Source: Yuukianura sp. NJ FZ-2021 (Eukaryota). Taken from it: a stretch of 64,000 nucleotides of DNA. How positions within the stretch are numbered: position 1 is the first letter of the stretch; each line of letters opens with the position of its first letter. The stretch spans positions 186,001-250,000 of the forward strand of contig JAJCTO010000009.1 in assembly GCA_046563655.1 (NCBI GenBank). The letters are read 5' to 3'. Positions 10,301-20,589 of the stretch are shown in pieces. The position numbers and the translations under genes are program-made. The notes under the pieces are model-generated. The model did not search any database. It was not told the origin of the DNA and saw only the letters and a program-made list of their open reading frames with translations.

Positions 10301-12600
10301 GACCCACTTGGTTTCCTTTCTCCATTTACGGTTCGTGGGAAATTGATTTTTCAGAGTCTCTGGGCCCTTGACCGTGAAACTGGTAAGAAAATGGAATGGG
10401 ATTCTGTCATCCCCGATTCCATTTTGGAGGGGTGGAATGCCTGTCTGGAAGGCATGAGTAAGTTATCCATCCTAAAAATACCAAGGTTAATTGTGTGTCA
10501 TAACTTTTACGAATTTCATGGCTTCTGTGATGCGTCCGAAAGGGCGTATGGAGCAGTAATTTACTTGCGTTCCTTTAGTTCACCAATTTCAGTCCGACTT
10601 GTAGCCGCTAAGACGAAAGTGGCACCTCTCAAGGCCCAAAGTCTCCCAAGATTGGAATTATGTGGTGCCTTACTCTTATCCAGACTTATGACTGCGGTGG
10701 TGACAGCGACTGAGCTACAGTGTCCAATACACTGTTGGAGTGACAGCGAAATTGTGCTGAAATGGATCTCCTCACCATCACGTAGGTTTGCTAATTTTGT
10801 TGCCAACAGAGTTTCAGAGATACAGCAGGCAGTTCCCATGGAGTCGTTCCATTTCGTTCCTGGAATAATCAATCCAGCAGACTGTGCCAGTCGTGGTATG
10901 TCTGTAGAAGAATTGGAGACATTTGACTTGTGGTGGACTGGTCCTGACTTTCTACGCCTACCAGGAATCGTTAACTTCCAATTTGAAAAGGAAATTGACA
11001 AGGAGAAACTGGAGGAGCGTAAGACAATTTTGGTTGCTCATAATGATTTATTTAAGTCCATTTTAGACAGGTTCTCAAGTACTGGAAAGCTCATCCGTGT
11101 CATGGGATACGTGTTGAGAGTCTTTGCCAGAGATAAGAAGCCGAAACTCTTGCCATTGTCAGCTGATGAGTTGCAGATTGCACTGGAGAAGTGTATTTGG
11201 CTCAGTCAGTCTCGGAACTTTGATGTGGAGATTGATCGGCTCAAGAGAGGAAAGAGGGTAAAAGTGTCAAGTCGAATTGTGTCACTTAATCCTTTTCTAG
11301 ATTCCAATGGACATTTAAGAGTCGGTGGAAGACTCCAGAAGGCACTGGTTGATGACGATGTCAAACATCAATTCATTTTGGATGGAAGATCCAACTTCGT
11401 GAAGCGCCTTGTGGAACATTACCACATGAAATTACATCACGCTGGAGAGATGCTGCTGAGATCTGAGCTCAAGCAACAATTTTGGATCCTCAGGGTGAGA
11501 AATTGTGTAAAGTTTGTCTTGAGATCATGTGTTAGGTGCAAACGGATCCGTGGAGTTGCTTGGAAGCAACTGATGGGTAATCTCCCGGAGTCCAGAGTAC
11601 GTCCAGCAGCAGTCTTTGAAAGAACTGGCGTTGATTACTGTGGACCATTCAAACTCCAATCGATTGGCGGAAGAGGAATGAAGCAATTCAAAGCGTACAT
11701 TTCCGTCTTCGTCTGTTTCGTTGTGAAAGCAATTCACGTGGAGGTGGTCACTGACTTGTCAACTGAAGGATTCCTAGGAGCCTTCAAACGATTCATTGCC
11801 AGGAGGGGTAAACCAATTCACATGTATTCGGATTGTGGTAGTAACTTCGTTGGCATGGACAATGAGTTACGTAATTTAATCTCATCTGAGGAATTTAACC
11901 ATGATCTTTACGAGACTTTAGCAAACGATGGGGTTACATGGCACTTTAACCCACCTGAGGCTCCACATCAAGGTGGATTGTGGGAGTCTGCGGTAAAAAG
12001 TGTGAAATTCCATTTGAAATCAATTATTGGTTGTGACATGTTAACGCTTTCTGAGTTTGACACAGTTCTGTGTCAGGTGGAAGCTATTCTTAATTCCAGG
12101 CCCTTGTGTGAACTGACAGAGGACCCTGATGATCTAGAGGCACTTACTCCTGCTCATTTTCTCATTGGACGTTCGTTAGTTGCCATTCCACAAAGGAACT
12201 ATGAGGAGATTCCCATGAATCGTTTGTCCAGATGGGAACGGCAGGAAAGAATCAGCCAAACATTCTGGAGAAGATGGACAAAGGAGTACTTGGCTGCATT
12301 GCAACAACGTGTGAAGTGGCAACGGCCCATTGAAAACATCAAAGTTGGCGATTTGGTAGCAATTGTGGACGAGGATTTACCCACACTGAACTGGAAGTTA
12401 GCCCGTGTCGCCGTGTCATTGAAATTCATCCTGGAGAAGATGGATTGGTTCGTGTCGTCACATTGAAATCAGCAACTGGAGTCTACACTCGTCCAGTAGT
12501 GAAAGTCGTCCCTCTGCTGAAATCTACTGAATTGGAACCATCAGCTGAACACTTAATCTGGATCCAGCAACGTGAATCCAAGATACGTAACGAACAATGA
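7382..12600 (+). CDS. gag-pol: BEL/Pao Gag-Pol polyprotein, frameshifted near the C-terminus (as written it stops at 12466)
   Basis: First ATG at 7382. DUF1759-like gag (KLPKLELPTFNG), three Cys/His knuckles (CQLC, CFNC, CRKC), aspartic protease LDSGS, RT YVDD, Pao RNase H region (HGFCDAS, LPRLELCGA), integrase (HH..CVRC, GVDYCGP, SDCGSNF, GGLWE). Removing an 8-bp duplication at 12410-12417 restores ..ARVIEIHPGEDGLVRVVTLK.. to TGA at 12598-12600. Confidence 0.95.
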
Positions 12601-12614
12601 AACTACTTAGTTAC

Positions 12615-13193
12615 TGAAGAATGTTGGATGGAATGCCAGATTCTGAACACTGAACGTTTTCTAATTGATTCATTTATTTAATAATTGAAAACTCAAAACT
12701 TACATTAGATGAATACTTAACTGATTGAAGTTACTGAAAAGTGAATTGTGAGAATCTAAAGTTGCTGCCTCTGCAAAAGCTACTTGAAGACTCTCTTCTT
12801 GTGGTGTATCTTTTCTGTAGTAAAAAGAGGGAGAGATTCTACCTTATGGAAAGCGTTGACTTTTGCGGACGCTCTACTGTACTTACTCTAGTGCGCAACT
12901 CAGTAGTACAATGATAGTATTTACACATTAAAAGTAGACGCTAACCCTTTCTCTTTGATTCTAATTCCACTGCAAGTGGATCAACATTAACCCTTTGGTT
13001 ACATTTAGATTCATCTTAATTTCCGTCTCTTCTCTTCTCCTCTCATGCGAGGCAAACTAAACTTCTAAATTAAAACTAATTCTATTTCCAAATTAAAATT
13101 ACTTTCATTTTCACTTAAACCTAAACCCACTTTCAATTTGATATTAAAATTATTTCTATTCCCATTTGGGATAATGCTGAGTAATTCTCAACA
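12615..13193 (-). repeat. 3' LTR of BEL/Pao element 2
   Basis: 579 bp, TG...CA ends. Differs from the 5' LTR by one G-run indel (~12829) and one G/A substitution (13176 vs 19598). Confidence 0.96.
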
Positions 13194-13626
13194 CTGGCCT
13201 CCGATTTGAATCACGGATTCAAATCCCAAAATCAAAACAAAGTGCATAAGTGCAAAAATGAAATCAAAAGTGATAGTACTTCACACATACAAGGACAGAG
13301 TAGGGAAGTGAACCATCAACTGACCTCGGTGACCTGAGGGGTGGACTAAGTCCCTCGCCTGGGAGCGGGCAGGCCAGTCTTTGCTTGACCTGGTCAGCAT
13401 CCAATTCACTAGGAAACACAGGTCACATACAATCACGATCACTTCTGATTTGCATATTATGATTTAAATTAAAAATTACTCGAACAGCCAATGTTAAAAA
13501 TTTCCCAGTTTCCTTAAACTAGTACAAACCTAACTACTCACGTTAAATTTGATTAAAATTGAAACCTTAATTCCTAAATTGAATCCTAAAGCTTACACTA
13601 AGTATTAATTGAGTAAAATCCTAAAC

Positions 13627-16600
13627 TTACAAATCTTCCTTGTCTAATAATTTACAGATTCTTACAACTGGACGTTTGAAGACATGATCTTTCTGTTTGA
13701 TGATTTCACCCTTGTGATTGAGCTCAGCTGACTTCCAAGTAACTTCCACAGTACGAACTAGCCCATCTTCACCAGGAAATACAGCTGAAATCCTTGCTAA
13801 TTTCCAATTCAGAGGCGGAGTATCTTCATCTTTTATCAGCACGAGATCTCCGATTTTCAAATTGTCATCTTTGGTTTTCCATTTGTTCCTCTGTTGGAGT
13901 GTATTTACGTATTCTGCGCTCCAGCGCTTCCAAAAATGTTGAGTCATCTGCTGGACTCTCTGCCAACGGGAAAGACGGTTCTCTCGAATTTCTCGTAGAT
14001 CCAGTTCTGGAATTGACATCAGAGGCTTGCCAATCAGAAAGTGACCTGGAGTTAGTGCCTCGTAGTCTCCTGGATCCTGGCTCTTAGCACAAATCGGACG
14101 AGAATTCAGAACAGCTTCCACTGAAGTCAGCAGTGTGTAGTACTCCTCCAGGGTCAATGTAGTTGTTCCCACGACTCTCTTAATGTGGTATTTGGCAGAC
14201 TTTACGCCTGCTTCCCAGATTCCTCCCATGTGGGGTGCATCGGGTGGATTCAGATGCCACTGAACACCCTGAAAAGATAAAAAATCAAATATTTTAGAAT
14301 TTGAAATTATTGAGTGCCACTCTTTCAACTCATTAGCAGCACCAACAAAATTAGATCCACAATCAGAGTAGATATTCGAACTTAGGCCCCTCCTGGAAAT
14401 GAATCTTTTCAAAGTGGCTATAAAAGCCTCTGTAGTAAGATCAGTCACCGGCTCGAGGTGAACTGCTTTAGTGGTGAAACAGACGAAGATACAAAAATAG
14501 GCATTGAACTGCCGTTTCCCACGTCCATATTTTTCTTGGAGCTTAGTCGGTCCAGCATAGTCAACTCCACAGTGACTAAATGGTGATGAAGGAGTGACTC
14601 TGGCCTTGGGTAGGCTACCCATTAGTTGTTCTGTGACTTTAGCCTTCATTCTCTTGCAACGAAGGCAGCTCCGAATCATGTTCCGAATGGCCACTCGGGC
14701 CCGAATGATCCAAAATCTTCGCGATAGATTGGACCAGAGCAATTGATAACTGGCATGGTGAAACTTACGGTGGTGGTCCATAATGATTAATTGTGTTAAG
14801 TAATGATGTCCACTGATGATTATTTGGTGTTTCTGCTCATCTGGAGCTTCCGAATTCTGGAGTCTGCCTCCGACTCTCAGTACACCTTCTTGATCTAAAA
14901 ACGGATTTAGTGAACTTATGGAACTACTCTTACCAATTGGTTTCCCCTTCTGTAGTAATGTGATCTCTTCCCAAAAGTCATCCCATTGGGCGGATCTGAC
15001 ACAAACCATGAATGCAGAGTGAGTTTCTGCTACCGTTAAGTCTCCAGTGTGACTTTGGCCTAACTTCCTGTTCCTGCAATTGAAAATAAATCTTGTGGCA
15101 TAAGCCACTGCACGGTTAAGCCTCATGAGGATTGAAAACCTCAACATGAAATTTAGTTCAACAATTGACAAATTAGCTTTCACCTTTCGTAATTCTAAGT
15201 CAGGAGGCTCACTCACCTTGCCCCCTGGCTCAAAATTAGGTAGACTTACGTCACTTAACCATATTGGTCCCTTCCACCAAAATGATGAATTTGCTAAATC
15301 CTCTGCACAGATTCCTCTAGTGCCAAGATCAGCTGGATTTTCTATTCCTGGTACGAAGTTCCAGGACTCCATTGGTAGTACTTCCTGTATTTCAGCAACT
15401 CGGTTCGCAACGAATGTGACGAAACGACGAGATGAATTCCGAATCCATTTCAGAACAGTTTCACTGTCTGACCAAGCTGAAATAGAACATTTTAGATTAA
15501 GTGATTCCATTACCTTGGGAATCAACCTTGACAGCAGAAGTGCCCCACACAGTTCCAATCTTGGGAGACTGACTTGCTTGGCAGGAGCCACTTTCGTTTT
15601 CGCTGCTGCTAAATTCGTAGAAATTGATCCATCCGGGAAAGTACATCTGATGTAGACTGCAGCACAGTAGGCATGTTCAGATGAATCCGAAAATCCATGA
15701 ACTTCCACTTGGCTGGCTCCACCTAATCCTAAGAATCTGGGGATATTAATCAATTTAATTTTACTTAACCCGTCAATGTACTCTCTCCAGGGCTGCTGTA
15801 ATTCTGTTGGGATTTCATCATCCCATTTGAGCTTCTGACCCCTGTGGTCATGCTCCCATAATTCCTGAAAATAAATCTTAATTGTCACAGTTAGAGGACT
15901 TAAAAATCCTAGAGGATCAAAAACACGAGAAATGTTAGACAAAATGATTCTTTTGGTTAGAATCCCAATTGGCTGAGGTGAGAATCCACGGAAGTGGAAT
16001 TCATCGACATTCGAATCCCAGCATACTCCCAAGACCCTGTCCACGTCAAGGTCACTGAAATTGTCATTCTTGCCTCTCCTGTCCTCAGGAACATCTTTAA
16101 GTGCCTCTTTGGAATTTGAATCGAATTTTGAGATTTCCAAGCAACCAAGGCTTAGAATGCTGGTCAGGTCAGCAATCAACTGACTGGCCTCCGTTGAAGT
16201 ATCAACTGCTGTTAATAAATCATCAACATAAAAATCATTTTTGATTACCTCGGCTGCTCGTGGGAATTTCAGTCCCTCATCCTCAGCAAGTTGATTTAAG
16301 CATCTGACAGCATGGAATGGCGCTGAACTTGTGCCATAAGTGACTGTAGTCAACCTGAATTCTTGAATTTCATCTTTCGGACTGTCTCTCCAGAGAATCC
16401 GTTGTTTGTCTTGGTCCAATGGATGAACCAGAAACTGACGGTACATTTTCACTATGTCCGCCTTTAGAGCAATTTCTTTTGACCTGAAATTGAGCAAATG
16501 TGAGAATATGTCCTTTTGTACAGTTGGACCAACCATTAGACATTTGTTAAGCGATATTCCATTGCTCGTTTCTGCAGAGCCGTCGAATACGACTCTCAAT

Positions 16601-18901
16601 TTGGTAGTGGAGCTGGTGTCCTTGAGCACAAAGTGATGTGGCAAATAATTGGTTACTCCCATCACCTCACCTGCCCCCAACTTGGGAACCTGGACCATGT
16701 GACCAAGTTCAACATAATTACTCATGAACTTACGGTACTCGACCTTGTGTTCAGGATGTTTTTCTAATCTCCGTTCAATTCCGTACAGCCGTCTCAGGGC
16801 TATTTCTCGGGATGAACCTAAATTTTGGCAATTCGGTTTAAATGGCAACTTGACAACATACCTTCCGTCATCATTCCTGGAGTGAGTGGCTACAAAATGT
16901 GCCTCGGCGGCTTTCTCCTCCGTTGTCAGTGGCTGGTGGTGTGGGACATTCTCCAATTCCCAAAATTTCTGCAAAATCTGATTAGTTTCCACTAAAGCGT
17001 GGTTCACACTCACCACACGGCCTGGTTTGACTGGACCGGAAATTACCCAACCGAGTTCTGTTTCTTCTGCTACTGGATGATTAAGGTCTCCTTGAACTTT
17101 TTACCAGTTTTGAGACGAGCCACGAATTCTCCTCCAATCAAAATGTCAATGTCATTTGGTTTGTAGAATTCCGGATCGGCCAACTCCAATTCGTCCAAGA
17201 ATGTCCAATCACTCGGATTAATTTGAAATGATGGCAATGTACCTGTTACCTTTGGTAAAATCAAAGCATTAACAGTGAACTTGTAATTTTTTGCCATTGA
17301 CTCAATTTGGAATGACGTTTCTCCAAGTGCCCTCTGCACCATGGCTCCAGAAATCCCTGTGATTCTGACGTCAGTTCCACGACGATTCAAACCTAAAAAT
17401 TTGACACATCGTTCTGAAATGAAATTAGATTCCGAACCTTGATCGAGTAGAACTCGACAACTTTGAAGATCTCCAAGGGAATTTTGCACATTGACAATGG
17501 CTGTGGCCAAAACAACCCGTGCGCCTGCGCAATGATTGGCTGCAGTGGAAGTTCCCTGTTGACCTTCCGACCTTGGTTGACTTTCCGTCTTTGGTTGTGG
17601 TTTCTCACGATGGAGAAGTGTATTGTGCTTCTTCTTACACTTTCCACAAGTGAAAGGAGCACGACAATTTTCTGCAGTATGCGCCGGCCTTAAACAATTC
17701 AAACAAAGTTTATTAGTTCGGACATATTTTTCCCTTTGATCTTGAGGCATGGCTCCAAATTCTGGACATTTGAACAGCCCATGCTCTCCAGAACACTTAA
17801 GACATGGTTTTGGGTGACTGCCTGACACAGTGTGCACCTTCCTTTCCTTGTTTTTGTCAATCGCCTTCTGACTGTCAGTACGCGACTTATCACCAGAGGT
17901 GACATTGAGTGATCTTAAATGATCCTCGAGGAAGTCCTTGACCTCCGAAAATGCTGGCATGCTTGTTCCCTTGAAATTCTTTGTCCATTCCTTTTCGTCT
18001 CTGGCGAAAGTTTTTCTAAAATGAGAAAAATTAGTATGGAATCCCATTGATCCACAGGCTCCTTCAGAACCTGCAATTGTCTAATGGACATGTTAAATAC
18101 ATCCAATAATTTACGCAAAGACTGAGGAGTCTCCTGCGCAATTGGTTTGAAATTAACCATTTTTTGCAAAAATGCAAATGTAATTTGACGAGGGTTTTCG
18201 TAACGCTCCCTTAGCGTCTCCCAAGCCTCCTCGAAAGATCCATTGCTGAGGTCAAAGTACTTCAATGTCTCCTCTGCCTCTCCCTTTAGGGTTGGTTGTA
18301 GATAACCTAATTTCTGGCTTCCTGAAAGAGAAGCATTATTCACAACATAGGTAAGCATTAAGTCCCTGTAACTTAACCATTCCTCGTATTTTCCGTTGAA
18401 TGTAGGCAACTCCAACTTGGGCATGTTCACCTTCATTTGACTGGTTTGGCTCTGTCCCCCTGTGGTGCAGACTCCAGCCTTTGACTCAATGGAAATCAGC
18501 TTTGAGCTAATTTTCTCAATGAACTTGTCACAAATGTTAATTTCCTTTGCTTGCTTACGAAGTTCCTCATCGTCTTCGCAATTCATGTAAATCTCATGCC
18601 TAATCAAACCCAACTTAGACTCAAAGTTCTCAAGTTTCTTACGTTCGATGGCTACAGCAGCCCCTGTGACTGCAGTTGAGGAAGTCCCAAGTTCCTCTAT
18701 TTTCATATGGAAATACTGGAGGTCAAGACCAAATCCTTTGAGTGACCTTCCCAATTTCTTCATTGCTTCTGTTTCTGTAGACGGAAGTACGCTAATGCTG
18801 GTCCCTGCTGCTCCAATTCCTGCAACAGCCTTAGGTGTCCCAGTATCATCGCTCTTGTCCGCCATCTTGGAAATGCTTGCTGCCTTGACCTTTGACCTCA
18901 T
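13627..18901 (-). CDS. gag-pol: BEL/Pao Gag-Pol polyprotein split by two 1-bp frameshifts (track ORFs 17915..18943, 17070..18047, 13627..17016)
   Basis: gag KVNMPKLELPTFNG; knuckles CLKC, CLNC, CGKC; protease LDQGS; RT YVDD; HGFSDSS and LPRLELCGA; integrase GVDYAGP, SDCGSNF, GGIWE; C-terminal FPGEDGLVR. Adding one base at ~17993 and one at ~17091 fuses all three ORFs. First in-frame ATG at 18901. Confidence 0.93.
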
Positions 18902-19026
18902 TCCTGACGCCGTGGTTACGGTACTATGGGCACTCAAGTCCACTCACTTTCAGTTCAATGTCCAAATCGGTTCGTCATCCTTTGTGTAACAGGCAGTCGA
19001 ATTGATTATGACTCACTGAAACCGTC

Positions 19027-19037
19027 TTTCGGCACCA
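19027..19037 (-). promoter_or_regulatory. Primer-binding site, tRNA-Phe type
   Basis: Minus strand TGGTGCCGAAA directly after the 5' LTR, complementary to the tRNA-Phe 3' end (..UUUCGGCACCA). Confidence 0.8.
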
Positions 19038-19615
19038 TGAAGAATGTTGGATGGAATGCCAGATTCTGAACACTGAACGTTTTCTAATTGATTCATTTAT
19101 TTAATAATTGAAAACTCAAAACTTACATTAGATGAATACTTAACTGATTGAAGTTACTGAAAAGTGAATTGTGAGAATCTAAAGTTGCTGCCTCTGCAAA
19201 AGCTACTTGAAGACTCTCTTCTTGTGGTGTATCTTTTCTGTAGTAAAAAGAGGAGAGATTCTACCTTATGGAAAGCGTTGACTTTTGCGGACGCTCTACT
19301 GTACTTACTCTAGTGCGCAACTCAGTAGTACAATGATAGTATTTACACATTAAAAGTAGACGCTAACCCTTTCTCTTTGATTCTAATTCCACTGCAAGTG
19401 GATCAACATTAACCCTTTGGTTACATTTAGATTCATCTTAATTTCCGTCTCTTCTCTTCTCCTCTCATGCGAGGCAAACTAAACTTCTAAATTAAAACTA
19501 ATTCTATTTCCAAATTAAAATTACTTTCATTTTCACTTAAACCTAAACCCACTTTCAATTTGATATTAAAATTATTTCTATTCCCATTTGGGATAATACT
19601 GAGTAATTCTCAACA
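19038..19615 (-). repeat. 5' LTR of BEL/Pao element 2
   Basis: 578-bp direct repeat of 12615-13193, adjacent to the PBS. Confidence 0.96.
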
Positions 19616-20041
19616 GTTACTTTTAATCTTTTAATCATAGGATATGAACATTCAATAATTTTAAGTTTAGTTTGTAAGTCAGGGACTTGCCAATTTTAAA
19701 TACTAATTTTACTTTCTTTTATTTTGATTTCCAGCTGCAGCAGAAAGCAAATCGACATGTCGGATTTTGGTTTTTCTTTTACTCCTTCAGGGAGACGGAC
19801 TTGACAGTGACAGTTGCTTCAAATCATTTCAAATCTTCTTGCTTCAGTGAAGGTTCATCGCAAATTGAGCTTACCCTTAGTTCTGACGGGGAAGGGAGTG
19901 CTTCTGGCATCCTTATTAGCTCACCCGATCACTGAGGTCCCATTCTGTTTCATTTCTGTTTAGCAAATGTCAAGTGTCATGGTCCTTAATTTAATTTTAA
20001 TTTCTGGAATGACAGAGTGAGTCTGTCATTGCCGGGCGGCA

Positions 20042-20589
20042 TGTTCGGGAATTTGCTTCCTGTTTGGCAGAGACAGGAATAGGTTACTAACTTTAGTGTA
20101 ACTTTAACTTTAGAATTGCTCTGGAAGAGATGAGACTGAAAGTGAAAGGGTTAGATTTACTTTTAGTGCTATTTACTTTTACTTTGATCCACTTGTGTGA
20201 AGTGAGAAAGGGTTAAGCGTTAGTTTTAAGGTGCATGCAATTTACTACTGTAAGGACTTGCGCACTAAAGTAAGGACAGTAAGTGTATCTAAAAGTAACC
20301 GCTCTCTTCACATTGCTATAGGATAAGTAACCGTTTTCTGGGTATTATTACTAAGCATAAGGAAGGAGGAGTGTTCCTCCACTATATTCATTTCATACAA
20401 CAGTCTTCTTTTCATCTTCCTACTGTAAGGTCTCTTCTAATGAGTCATTGAGTAGCCATCTTAACTTTTCTTCTATTTCATCTTTTACCAATTACTAATT
20501 AGTCAAAATAAATACTAAATCAAATCCACTTGACGTCAGAGCGGTCATCGATTATTTAGAACCACAAACATCAAGCATTCTATATTTCA
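20042..20589 (+). repeat. 3' LTR of BEL/Pao element 1
   Basis: 548-bp copy of 6634-7181, preceded by G-rich GCCGGGCGGCA and followed by TSD GTACC. Confidence 0.97.

Larger units (their letters stand above)
12615..19615 (-). mobile_element. BEL/Pao LTR retrotransposon 2, nested antisense in the 3' UTR of element 1 (7001 bp)
   Basis: LTRs at 12615-13193 and 19038-19615, TSD GTTAC (12610-12614 and 19616-19620), PBS and gag-pol on the minus strand. Confidence 0.97.
6634..20589 (+). mobile_element. BEL/Pao LTR retrotransposon 1 (outer; ~6.95 kb without the nested element)
   Basis: Two 548-bp TG...CA LTRs, 5-bp TSD GTACC (6629-6633 and 20590-20594), PBS, and one gag-pol ORF in PR-RT-RH-IN order with BEL/Pao motifs. 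Confidence 0.97.

Noticed and set aside
17085..18000. Programmed ribosomal frameshifts in element 2
   Set aside because: The shifts fall inside regions that are continuous in element 1, and BEL/Pao elements normally have one fused ORF. Single-base deletions explain both.
7677..18989. Short overlapping or antisense ORFs within the two gag-pol genes (e.g. 10561..11001, 15125..15655)
   Set aside because: They are shadow ORFs of the long coding frames. The similarity between those two simply mirrors the homologous RNase H regions.
19687..19935. 82-aa ORF with a possible splice acceptor (TTTCCAG ending at 19734) in the 3' UTR of element 1, a candidate env or accessory gene
   Set aside because: It has a TTG start, is short, has no recognisable motif, and I found no counterpart in element 2. 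It cannot be supported without transcript data.
19977..19987. TCATGGTCCTT resembling the LTR-end/PBS junction of element 1
   Set aside because: An 11-nt match with no adjoining LTR sequence, compatible with chance.
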